Below, piece by piece: positions 1 through 11,525 of a stretch of DNA of 64,000 bases. The notes under the pieces were generated by a model that saw only the letters and a program-made list of their open reading frames with translations, did not search any database and had not been told where the DNA came from. Positions within the stretch are counted from its first letter, which is position 1. The number at the start of each line of letters is the position of its first letter. The DNA is from Camelus ferus (Eukaryota). The stretch spans positions 24,368,001 through 24,432,000 of the forward strand of contig NC_045697.1 in the NCBI RefSeq assembly GCF_009834535.1. The letters run 5' to 3'. The translations under genes were made by a program, and so were the position numbers.

Positions 1-1080
1 TTCGTGGATGTAATTGGTTGTAATAGAATGAATGCATGCCATTCAGAGAAGTCTAAGGTATTTCACAGGTAGTATGTGCTCAGGCCATGAGATGCTGACT
101 CAAAGGATCTGGGACTCTTCTGGGATAATCAGGTTTTGTTTTTTGTTTTGTTTCATTTTGTTTTTGTACAATTCATAAGTTTCAGGATATCCTCCTTTGT
201 AGCAAAAGTTATATATTTAAAATGACAAGTAGATCATGTTAAATTCATTCCTAGAGAAAGTACTCACATTATAAAAGGCAAAATTTTATGGTACTTGTTT
301 AACTTCTTTTGTTAATCAGACTTCACTGGATAAGGTTTACAACAATTCTACAATATTGATCTTTTCTTTCCCCCAGGGATTCAAAAATGTTCACTGAATG
401 TTGATTTTCCAGCATTCATAGCTAAAACTTGATTTCTACAAAAATCATGGAACTCAGTTGACAACTTATTTATTGATATTTGAGTAACTATAACAATATT
501 AAAATTAGAAGAATGATATTATTATATAATAAATTCCATTTAAAATAACCTTTATTTGGCAACACTCACCACTCAATGTTAATATTATTAAAGATGCTAG
601 TAAATTCATTTAAAGGTCTCAATATTGGGATATCATTCAATGTCCAAAATGCTATATTAGGCCCTTTAAGTAATATATTATTCATTTGATTAATTTGTGA
701 GTTATTATTAGTGAGTTTTTAAAAATCTCATCTGGTAAGACTATACTGAAAGAATAAAATTGAAAATATTTTTCAAGCAGAGTCAGTTTGAAGGACTTAT
801 GATTTATGAAGTCATACAGAGCATGGCACTCAGAAAGGCCATATATTTGAACTTTAAAATTCATGCCCTCCCCATTCACATTTTAAAATTTAAGATTGTT
901 TGTGTCTTTCTGTGAGTTTGCTTTTTGAGATAAATTTTGCTTTGTAGGTCTTGCAATAGCATTAAAAATAAGTAGAGAGTTTTGAAAAATTGTGAAAAAT
1001 GCTTTTAGTGCAGATTTTCCTTGGTATTTATTTATTTTTAAATTTACCCTGTTAAATAAAATAATTTCTTTCTACTATAG

Positions 1081-1253
1081 CAAGGGTGGGCAAAACCATG
1101 GCCTGGGGCCAAATTTAACCACACTCATCCAGTAGCCTATTGTTTATGGCTATTTCTGAGCTACAACAGCAGATGTTAGTAGTTATAACAGAGACCATCT
1201 GGCCTAAAATACTTATAATCTGGCCCTTTACAGAAAAAGTTTGCCAGTTCCTG
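1081..1253 (+). mobile_element. MER58A-like hAT-Charlie MITE
   Basis: Starts CAAGGGTGGGCAAAACCATGGCC and ends GGCCCTTTACAGAAAAAGTTTGCCAGTTCCTG, matching recalled MER58A termini. The 8-bp TSD TACTATAG lies at 1073-1080 and again at 1705-1712, displaced by an LTR. Confidence 0.85.
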
Positions 1254-1700
1254 TGTTAGGTAGTTAGATAAGTAGGGGCACTGGGCAGATAAAGTGGAGG
1301 AGAAGGAGGATGGTCCAGAAGATGGCCGTATCCCTGCCTTCAACATAAAGGGGCTTTAGTTCTTCTAAATGAGTGCCAGCAAGAAACTGGTTAGAACCCA
1401 GCAGGTGCAACTGTGCAGCAGCGACAAGGACCTAACTAAACATGACCCAGTGCTCATTGTAATATAATTAGCACTGCAGTTTAGGCCCCTCCATGGGTTT
1501 TCCTATTTATATCAGGGGTAAGGACACGTCCAAAAGGGGACAAACATGACTAACCACTTCAGGGGCAAGAGCTGTCAATCAATCAAGAGACCACCTCTAA
1601 GTGAGGATAAAAGAGAAAGGACAAACAAAGACCCTGCTTTTCTGTTCTTGGATCAGCCTACCTTCACTAGGGTCTTTTCTCATCTCCTTTTAGGGTAACA
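1254..1700 (+). mobile_element. ERV solo LTR (447 bp) inserted in the terminal bases of the MER58A
   Basis: TGTTAGGTAG...GGTAACA termini (TG..CA); 4-bp TSD CCTG (1250-1253)/CCTA (1701-1704). Orientation is tentative. Confidence 0.75.
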
Positions 1701-1831
1701 CCTATACTATAGCATGAGAAATGTTACTTACTGTAGGTTGATGAATGTTCCAATGGGAGATTTATTAATTGTAGGACACTCAACTGGGGAAGTCAGTCTT
1801 GGAACTTGCAAGACTACTGATATTTCACGTT

Positions 1832-2701
1832 TTTATTGGGTTGAGTAGTGTCGCTTGAAAAATCATGTCCATCTAGAACCTGTGAATATGACTATGAAAG
1901 TTGATATCCCTCCAAAACTGGTATGCTGAGATCCTAACTCCCAATGTGCTGGTGTTACAAGGGAGGATCTTTGGCAGGTAATTATGTTGTAAGGGTGGAG
2001 CACTCATGATGAGATTAGTGCCTTTAAAAAAGACCCCAGAGAGCTCTTTCATGCCTTCTTCCATGTGAGGACACAGTTGAAAAGACAGCTGTCTATTAGC
2101 CAGAGAGTGGACTGTCTCTAGACACTCTAGACACTGCATCAGCCAATGCCTTGATCTTGGACTTCCTAGCTTCCAGAACTGTGAGAAGTAAATAACTGAT
2201 ATTTAAACCACCTAATCTGTTTTATTTTTGTTATAGCAGCCCAAACTGACTAAGATGGTGACTTTATTTGTAAATATGGTCTTTGTAGTTGTCATAAGAT
2301 TAAGATGTAGTCATACTGGATTAGGATTAGGATCAGAATTAGGGTGGTCACTAAATCCAACGTAATCAATATCCTAAGAAGAGGGAAATTTGAGCACAGG
2401 CACATACACAGGAGAAGGATGATATGAAGATACAGAAACACAGATACACAGGGAAGAAGGCTGTGTGACAAAGGAGGCAGTGATTGGAGCAATGAGTCCA
2501 CAAGGCAAGTTAATACCAAGGATTGATGGCAAGCATCAAAAGCTAGAAGTGGCAAAGAAAGTTTCCTCCCTAGAGTCCTGGGTCTGGCAGACACTTGATT
2601 GCAGACTTCCAGCCTCCAGAACTGTAAGAAAATAAGTTTCTGTTGTTTTACACCACCTAGTTTGTGCTGTTTTGTTATAACAGCCCTGGAAAACTAATGC
2701 A
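1832..2701 (+). mobile_element. MLT1C-like MaLR LTR, split by a nested MLT1A0
   Basis: 5' part TTGGGTTGAGTAGTGTC...GAATATGAC; resumes GTGACTTTATTTG at 2258; typical 3' end CAGCCCTGGAAAACTAATGCA. Confidence 0.8.
1893..2257 (+). mobile_element. MLT1A0-like MaLR LTR nested in MLT1C
   Basis: CTTGATCTTGGACTTCCTAGCTTCCAGAACTGTGAG...TTATAGCAGCCCAAACTGACTAAGA; 5-bp TSD ATGAC (1888-1892)/GTGAC (2258-2262). Confidence 0.8.
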
Positions 2702-4944
2702 GTGTTTTAAACCATTTTAATAAAATGCTTAAATATACTGAAAACTATTGAAAAAAATGTCTAACATGTTACTGGTTTAAAGTAGAAGACTAATGGTTAT
2801 TAGTATTATTCCAGAGGATTTATACTCTGAATAGGCTTTTACCATATGGCAGCTTTACAAAATACATTATTCCCTTTTAATAAAAAACTGTACTGCATTT
2901 TAATTATCAATTATGACTTAGTGGGTCAACAGAATTCTCCAAGATGAAATAGGATATGTGAATGTTTATCTTAATATTCATTTAGTAAAAGACCAATTGT
3001 TTTTTATGATTCTTAAGAGCATACAAATTAAAGTTATGATGGAAAGTGTAGCTTAATTTCTTCCTTTTATTACTTATCTCTGTTAATTTCATAACTATTA
3101 AATTCCGTAAAGCAATTATTGCCAATCATTACAGCTCAAGAGCAATAACTGCTTTATTTGTCAATTAAATAGTTATTTAAGGCACTTCATTTGGAGTGTT
3201 TACAAATATTTACTTATTTCTTACAAAGAATAAAAAAAAAATTCGTAGTATTTCAGGAGGACAGCCCGGATATCTAAGCTATTGGATATTAAAAAAAATA
3301 ACTGAGGCAGAATTACATAATCAAAGAAGGAAAACGAGAGAGTGAGTAACTAGGAGTGTCTTAGCACTTGATATTTGCAGTAACTTACCATCTTTACTTC
3401 CCCATAACCATCCTGCTACATTCCAGAACGTTCTGTATATTGTTGTGTTTTAAGGTACCATTGAGTGTGTGCTGCTACATTTATCACTGTGTAATTTGTG
3501 GATCCAAGTACCATTTCAGAACCCCAAACAGCATTTATTAAATTTGTTAAGTAATTATATTTACTGGTGATAATTTCAATTTCACAGTGCAAATCAGCAC
3601 AGGTGTGCCTGGCAGTTCTGTGTCTTCATCCACAGAGCCCCTGCTGTACATAAAGCATCCACTAGTAATTTTCTTTAATTCTCGTAATTGCTCGGGGCAG
3701 CCTGAGCCACTCTTTTCCCCTAATTTGATGCTTTCTGTTGTGTTTCATAGAAAACAAAATAGTCTGGAGAGGGGCCACTTATAATTACAAGAATTGAAAT
3801 ACAAACACACTTGTGTCTAATATGGATTTGGAGTCAACTTTGCTGCATTTACATGTATATCTATGTGACATAAACATTTCAGGAAACTAATGGACCACTC
3901 TCAGAGAAGAGAAACAATAAGAGAAAAGAAAAGCAAAATAAAACAGAAGATTCACATTTTGAAAAGATTATGAAGCATACTTTTAACATAATGATACTAA
4001 AATTCAAGCCACTCTTATAACAAATCTTATTTTTCCATTGTATTAGGACTTTATAATTATATTCACTTGTATTCCATTTATTTTCCAAAGAATCAGTTAT
4101 GAATGTATATTCTAGTGTTGTTGAACTTGGAGTTCATCAAACATTGTTTTTGTTTTTTGTTCTTACTACTCCTAACTTTGCACATTCTGTTTCATCTAAC
4201 TAAAGTTCATGGGACCAGATTTACTTTATGCTTTTAGACATCCTCAGTCCTTGATGCATGTGTTTAAAATAAATAAATGGTCGTATGGCTAAATATTGCT
4301 CTTAATACCTTTAAAAAGCTGAAAAGACTACCACTAATGTGTTTTGCAATGAAATATTTTAGCTGTATACACCACAATTAAATATGAATTATTTAATGAG
4401 TTCAGCTTATTTCACTTGTATCGTATATGGGGAAAAATATAAGCTAATGTTTTAAAGTACTTCAAGAAACAGAACTCTTAATATGTTCCGCTGAAATTTT
4501 ATGCAAGGAAACATAATAGAAGAAGCCGTTTGTTTCTGGAAAGCTCAATTATCAAAGAAAGTAAAATGCTGTTACTAAAGAAACAGGTTCCCGTAGAACA
4601 AAGCAAATGACTACATAATTTGAAATCTAGCTTGCACCTGCATGAGTGAGAGATAACTTTTGATTCCATTAGTCTCTGTCACTCTGAGCAACATTGTGGA
4701 TATTGTGTAAAATTAAGTGAGGAAGGCAACATTGGTTGATGGAATGGCGAACACCTGTTTAATAAAATCATTTTTCTTGTTTCTGTTCCCATTTTCAACG
4801 GATGCTATGTAGGGTATGGGCCTGCATTTACCAGGAAACTGGGCAAGCCCTGAGGGATGGCAAAAAATACTACCTGCATCATTATTGGAATGGCTGAAAA
4901 ATCACCATGGTCTAATGTGAGACAGTCTTCTATTAATTCAAATG

Positions 4945-5117
4945 TGTTTGTTCTTAAGATTTTGGAGATTGTCAAATCTTTTGAGAACCTGATTAAATCT
5001 AAGAACTCTTTGACCAGAAAAGTACATACAGATGCAAATTTCCATATTATTTGAGAGGGACATGGATTTCCTAAAGTCCTCCTGGGGAATTGATAGATTC
5101 CGAGTAAAGATGCCTAT
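4945..5117 (+). mobile_element. Old hAT-Charlie MITE (MER103-like)
   Basis: TTTGAGAACCTGATTAAATCTAAGAACTCTTTGACCAGAAAAGTACATACA resembles the recalled MER103 core; heavily diverged. Confidence 0.5.
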
Positions 5118-5340
5118 TCAAATAGCTACCTAGTGATCAAAGTGTTTAATCACTGTGAATCTAGTTCACTGATATTTTATATCCAGGGTTCACTCTTCTT
5201 GAGCCTGTAAAGTCACTCTATGCTTAGATAATTTCTTTCAAATAGTTAGGATAACAAATCTCTTACTACTCCCAATTGGCAGGAAAATACAAAAGGACAA
5301 TGAATGCATTCTATTAAATATCATTCATCAATGTTATTTT

Positions 5341-5400
5341 ATATTTATGATAATTTTTCTTTTTCAATTTATATTTATGATAATTTTTCTTTTTCAATTT
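5341..5400. repeat. Exact 30-bp tandem duplication
   Basis: ATATTTATGATAATTTTTCTTTTTCAATTT at 5341-5370 and 5371-5400. Confidence 0.95.
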
Positions 5401-5846
5401 ACTAAACCATTATTTCATTGTTTAGTATTTAGGAATACTTTCATAAATAATTGTGCAAATTTGATTTTTCCCTTAGTGTAAATTCTGAGGCTTTGGAATA
5501 ACGTGGCTAAAAAGTGTGAATGTGCTAAAATTATTGAGGCATATTACTAAATGGATTACTAATATTACTAAATGGATTACTAAATTGAGGCATATTACTA
5601 CAAAATAGAAACAAATTATTATTCCACCAATGTTTTAAGATAAATGTTATTTCAGTATATCCTCAGTAACTGGACAATATTCAGTTTGCCATTGAAAAAA
5701 CAATAAATAAAAAATAAAGTGTACTGTTACCATCTTATAAAAGACATTATCTGAGACCCAGAATAATAAAATAAGTAATAGATTTTATAACAACTACAGG
5801 AGAAAAGCAAATCCAGTTTCACGTGACTAATTTTTCTGATGATCTT

Positions 5847-7027
5847 TGTCAAAGCAAAAATTATATCTGACAAAGTTAAACAAGCAAGAAGACTTTACTC
5901 AAGGTTAAAGGGAGAGAGACCACAATGCAGTGTGAGCTCAACTCCAATAAAACAAAAAGCAATGGATTTTAAGCAGAGGCAAAAGAGTGAGAAAATATGG
6001 GAGAACACTAGCAGGGAGGTTGATCAATGGGATATGTGGAGCAGATTGAGTTATCCCTAAAAATGCAAATATTTTTCTTTGCAATTAGGCCATTGTGTTT
6101 ACTAATTGAAGTTAGGCTCCTCCCCTCCCACAGAGACTGGGAGGTGGAGGTGCCATTTCCTTCAGTGCTTGCATTTCAAAGAGGTGGTCCCCAGGTTCAT
6201 TAGGATTACTTCTGGGCAATAAACTGGAAAGAGACTTTCAGAAAAGATTGACATCTCAAAGTGATGCAGGAAAACTGATGTGGGGCATGAGGGGGGCCAC
6301 GTCTCAGGCTTCGATTGAGCCCCTGGAACGTACCCCACCAAGGTGTGTCCTTGGCTTCGCGCAGGAAAGAATTCAAGAGTGAGCCACAGTTGAGTAAAGG
6401 TAGATTTATTCAGAGAGATCCACTGAAAGGCAAGAGAAAGGCCAGAGGTGTAGGGGTTGGGTGCTCAGCTTGAGAGTGGTTACACACGCTATGGACAGAG
6501 TGCAGGCCTTCTCAAACTAGGGAAAAAGAGAGAGAGAGGCACCGGGCGGCTGTGAGTTGCCATGTTCCCAGTTTTTATGGGCTTGGTAGCTTCATATGTT
6601 AATAAGAGGAAGGACCAGTCTAACTAGTCTGGGAAAGGGGCTGGGATTCTCAGAAGTTGGCCATTTCCCACTCTTTGACCTTTTGTGGCAAATTGGGACT
6701 GCCATGGTGCCTGTGGGTGTGTTATTCACCATGTTAACATATTGCAATGGGCGTATAATGAAGCTCAAGTTCTGCTAGAAGTCAAATCTCCTACCATCTT
6801 GAGCCTCAGGTTCTACTGGGGGTTGAATCTTCCACCATTTTGATGTTAATTGCTGTAGCATTGCTTGAAAGGCTGTGCCCTGCCCCCTTCCTGTCTCAAA
6901 AAGGGCAGAGAAATCATTTTGAATTTTAAGTTTTCTCATGTAAATATGCTGAGAAAGAAGGGGTCAGAAGTCTAGAATCAGAACAAAGCCTGCTTGAAGT
7001 TTTGTCAAGCTTAAGGCCCCAGTGATC
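5847..7027 (-). mobile_element. Older ERV1-type LTR (MER34/MER39-like), interrupted by a younger LTR
   Basis: Starts TGTCAAAGC with GACTTTACTCAAGG (degenerate minus-strand poly(A) region). Host sequence ACATCTCAAAG continues as GGCAGAG across the insert. Right end approximate. Confidence 0.55.
6262..6898 (-). mobile_element. Young ERV1-type solo LTR, copy 1
   Basis: TGATGCAGG...CCTGTCTCA termini; TTTATT (AATAAA on minus) at 6405-6410; flanks AAAG/AAAAG; retains CpGs; inverted paralog at 57277-57902. Confidence 0.9.
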
Positions 7028-9343
7028 ACTTAATAGCTTAGGCCACAGTACAAAAGCATACTTTTAAGAAATTAAGTCAACCTACTAAAGCATTTAGCTT
7101 TACAATGGAATAATGTGATATGTTTCTAAAATTTAGATTAGCTAAGTGTAGACTTACTTCCTTGAATATCACTTTTATCTGGAAGCCTCTGCTCCAGGAT
7201 GGTTTAGAAACTGAACTTTTTATTAAGGCTTTTAATGTGTCTTCCTATTTGAATAATCATTAGGCTTTGGGACTCGGATGTCTGAACATGGTGAAACCTC
7301 AGGGAAGAAGCCCAGAAACCTTTCCTCAGCTGGATTCTTACATTCGGGGAACTTCTAAGTGACACCTGAGGCTTAGTTCAAAACATTCCCAGACACTTTA
7401 TATTTGTAGGATCTAGATGTCCAGAGAGACTCTAGTTATACAGTGAAATTTCTCTTGTCCAACACAGATGTTTCTGAGCTCCTAAATCCACCCTAAGCAT
7501 TTGGCCAGGAGGTGTCAGTCATAGAAAATGAACGTATCATGGATTATTTTCCCATGCAGTGCACAATCAGGCAGAGGTGGTAAGATATGCGTGTAACTAA
7601 GTGAACTCAAGAAGCGCATGATCTAAAGATGCCACACAGAGTACATATCCGTTTATAATTCTAACCTGTTTTTCTTAGTGCCATTTTTCCCTATCTAACT
7701 CATTAACTTTCCTTTCCCTTTTTCTGTATACATCACTAAGTTTCATAGTAATTGCTTTTCTGTGAATATTCTATTGCTTCTCTCCTCGAGGGAAAACATA
7801 CTGTTGTCTATTCATATATTTTTGTCCTTTCCTTCAGTTAATTTACTCAGCTCTAGCTGCTGTTCACTCTCAAGGTGAACTTTCTGCATTCAGAATATAT
7901 ACTCTTTATTATAAAGTGACATCACAAGTATTCAACTTCTCTGGGTTATAAAAGACACAGATATTGTGCCATTATGAGGCAAGCATACTATGCCCTTGGG
8001 CAAAAGTGCGTGCTTTCTTCCTCTCCAAAGAAGATTGCTGCCAATTGAAAAAAAAATGTTTTAAACATGTTAACTGCATTCAGTCACTGTTGAAATACGC
8101 AAAAGGACAATGTTCTGGTATTGTGCTGTGTTTCTGATTTTTATCTTCCTTAATAACTTCTGATAACATTGTGAAGTCATTTTATTAATATACACTTAAG
8201 GAAAAATAATTGGCACCGTGGCTATGTTTCTGTTCTTCTATCATAAATATTTGAGTGAAATTCACTATAATGCCAGCATAATGCAATATTGTATTTTTAA
8301 TATAATGTGTACCTAAAATTATGTACAACTTGCTAGGTTATGCATCATGGATTCTTCACGGGCAAAGGATACTTTAACAGTGACCGGACATGATGAGGAG
8401 AAAAGGGAATTTGGAAAAGGAGAGTTAAGCCAAGATGAGACGCAGGGCGCCTGCATCTCCCTGTGCTGAGCAGGCAAAATTGGCTGTCACTGCTCTAAGC
8501 ATAAGCCTGGCTAAAGGGGAAACCATGGAAATATATGATAGGAAGGACTTTTCTACATCTTACTACCTCCCTCCACACATGAAGGGAAGAGTCAAGTCGA
8601 AAAGGTACCAGATGTAAGGTTGTTATTGTTTGCAGGTAAGGAACTCCTTTGAAAAATCTCAGGATCCTAAGTGGGGTTGGGGGGCTGGAAATAAATAAAA
8701 GAACACACATTAAAAATTGTTCTACCGTTTTGTAGCTTAACAGATAGCCCCTCCCCAGCAGCAATTAGTGGACTTTAAGTTAAAACTTTCCTCTTATAAG
8801 AAAATAACATGTTAAAAAGGAAAATCTTGTATTTTCTTCCCCAGACTTAGATCTCTAGTGAGAGTATAAGAAAAGACTGAAAAATAGGACTTTCTTGTAA
8901 GAGATTTTTCTCACTGAGTCAGTCAATTAAGAATTTCAATGCCAACATTAGCTCAGAAATTCTGTTTAAAGAAATCTTAAGTTCATTTGTTTATAAAAGA
9001 ATTCAGTAAAAGTACAATTTAAAGCCAGAAAGTTATTTTCAGATACCTTGGTTTCAGAAGAATTTCTTTGTTAGAATTTAGGAATTCAGTGTGTAAACCC
9101 ATTTCCACCCACCTCAGCTAGGATTTAGGCTGCTCTTAGCTTACATCCAAACTGCCTTTCTGCTTGAGAGGAATTAGATTACAAATCTCATGTGCTTGCC
9201 TCATGCATACATTAGGCAGAGAAGCCACCTGCTTATTTCACAAAATGTGTCTGGAGAAACATTTTTTTTCCTTAAGCTTGTTTACAACCCATTATTTATG
9301 TGGTAGTAGCAGAGGACAAGGTTGGAAAGTCACTAGTTTCTTT

Positions 9344-9477
9344 GGTGAGGGCATAGCTCAGTGGTAGAGTGCCTGCCTAATGTGTACAGGGTCCTGGGTT
9401 CAATTCCCAGTACATCTGTTAAAAAACCTAATAAATAAATCTAATTGTTGCCCACTCAAAACGTTAAAAAAAAAAAA
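9344..9477 (+). mobile_element. tRNA-derived SINE (camelid vic-1-like)
   Basis: A box TAGCTCAGTGG, B box GGTTCAATTCC, A-rich tail; degenerate TSD around ACTAGTTT. Confidence 0.85.
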
Positions 9478-10053
9478 TGGTTAATGACTAGTTTTTTCTT
9501 TGCTTCTTTATGCAGAACACCATAGGTGCCAAAAAGTTATCCAAAATTTAACATGCAACTAAAAATATCCTCTCTATAAGATCTAAGCTCCATCAAATGT
9601 GCATAAATTTAAAACAATTTTAAAGACAACTCATTTGAATGATCATGTTAAGGAAAAACGTGATAAACTAAATGGAAGTATCCTAGGAGGAAGGAAGCTC
9701 TCAAAATGGGAGTGATTTTTGATGATGATGTCATTCATGATTTTCCAATAAGTAACACTAATTATTTGGACACTAAGTTCCTGGCTTCTTCAAAATTAAA
9801 ACCTTCTGTTCTGTCAGAGACATGGACTAAGCAGAGAGACATTCATGCCCACAACAGCTGAGCGGGCAAAATATGTCAAAATGCCAAACTGTGAAAGTGG
9901 TGTAAAAATGTAAGAGGGAAATTGCCAGTCCTTGTGATTTTGTGGCCATCAGATCACATTTGGTATGAGAGTTGACATCAAGAGTTCACAAATCACATAC
10001 GACACACAGAGATATCTTTACAAAATAATAGAAGACGTCACCCATTACTAGAC

Positions 10054-10284
10054 CAGTGTTTCTTAATTCTTTTATTGCTCCCTTCCCAGGAGACTTCTTA
10101 AATATAGTTTTTCCCCCCAAATCATTGTCTCCCTAGAAATTTAGTACTACAGAGATACATCTGTTTATTTACTATATGTGCACCTCTGTTTTATACATTA
10201 AAAGAGTAAGGGTTTTTTCCACACACCCCTGACATGGGCAAATTTTGCCCCATGAGGGCAATAAACCGCCATTCCAAAAGCATT
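10054..10284 (+). mobile_element. hAT-Charlie non-autonomous DNA element
   Basis: Starts CAGTGTTTCTTAA; internal TTTATACATTAAAAGAGTAAG and TTTTGCCCCATGAGGGCAA resemble a Charlie-class MER; family not named. Confidence 0.55.
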
Positions 10285-10599
10285 CATTGACAGATGAATG
10301 AATTAGTGTTTGGAAAAAGAAATATTTTTTCTTCAGATTCTAGAAATTCACCCTCTCATTCAATTTATTTTAGCTAAGGATAACTTTCATTAAAAATCTC
10401 TTTCTCCAAAAATTCACATCTGATTAAATGTAAAACAGGTACTTCTGTGAGCTATTGATTAGCTTGTTCCCTGAAGTGTGCTGTTTGGAACACTTCCCTA
10501 GTCCTAATTTTAGTCCACGATCTGTACCATGGATCCCTCTCTACTAGCAGTAGTAGTGGTCCCATTACTACCTATGCATTGATAGTTGTTAATTCTATA

Positions 10600-11525
10600 C
10601 TTGTGGCCCTAGAATCTTTCCAGGACTGGATATTTTACTGAATGCCGTATACATCTTCATCTGAACAACCCACAGGTACCTTAGGGTGAAAATACACACT
10701 GTACTTCTCCTTCTATAAAACTTTTTTTAATGAAAACTTCTTTCTTCCCTTATCTGCTGCTTCCATTTGTTCCCTAATGTCTGTCGACTCCAGGATTATA
10801 ATCTCTCACATTTGTGATAATTGCTCATGTGTATTTTTTAGCACATCCTTCACAGTATTCCCGGGTTAGATCAACTCTCCTCCTCCCATATCTACACTAT
10901 TAAATAACTCTAACATTGTCTCTCTGCCTCTAGTTTTGCCTACATCAGCTCAGTCATTTTCACTGTAACTTGGATAATTTCACTAAAACAGAAATCTATC
11001 AATATGATTCCTTTTCTTTAGAATGACACCCCATTCCTCCAGAAATAATGTTAAGCCTCTTTAGCTGAGCATACAAACCTGACACTAGTCTAATATATCT
11101 AGCCTTATTTTTAGCCACTTCTGTCCAATGTTAAAGCCATATTAAGTTCATTAAGTGTGATAATTTCTAAAATTACTCCATGGGGTTATCCTTTCCTGAG
11201 ACTTTGTACCCGACTGCCAACCCCTGCTGGCCTCCTTAAGTCAACCTCCCAAACCTTCAAAATCCACTTCATGTCTCTGCTCTCCTAAAGACTTCCTGTA
11301 CTCTCTGACTGGAGTTCGTCAATCAACCTCAATTTGTGCTACTTTCATATTTACTAGTGACTTCCAGCATGACAGTAACATTTTTCAAATATTTTTATAT
11401 GTCTGCCTCTTTGATTAGGCTTGACAGCAATAATAATTTAATTAATTTTCAAATCTGCCTCAACTGATTCAACTCAGTATATACTAAGTTGTGAATGAAT
11501 GGAGAGATTGTCAATAAATGAATGA
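10600..11525 (+). mobile_element. L2 LINE 3' fragment (decayed)
   Basis: Pyrimidine-rich L2-like body ending in GTTGTGAATGAAT...AATAAATGAATGAA. Confidence 0.5.

Noticed and set aside
5341..5600. CRISPR-like repeat array
   Set aside because: Simple tandem duplications without unique spacers, in mammalian DNA.
6596..6778. Similar peptides at 6596-6778 and 57397-57714 suggesting a gene family
   Set aside because: Chance antisense frames in two copies of the same LTR, with indels between them.
9344..9420. tRNA gene
   Set aside because: A and B boxes are present, but it has a SINE tail and recurs with TSDs elsewhere in the window.
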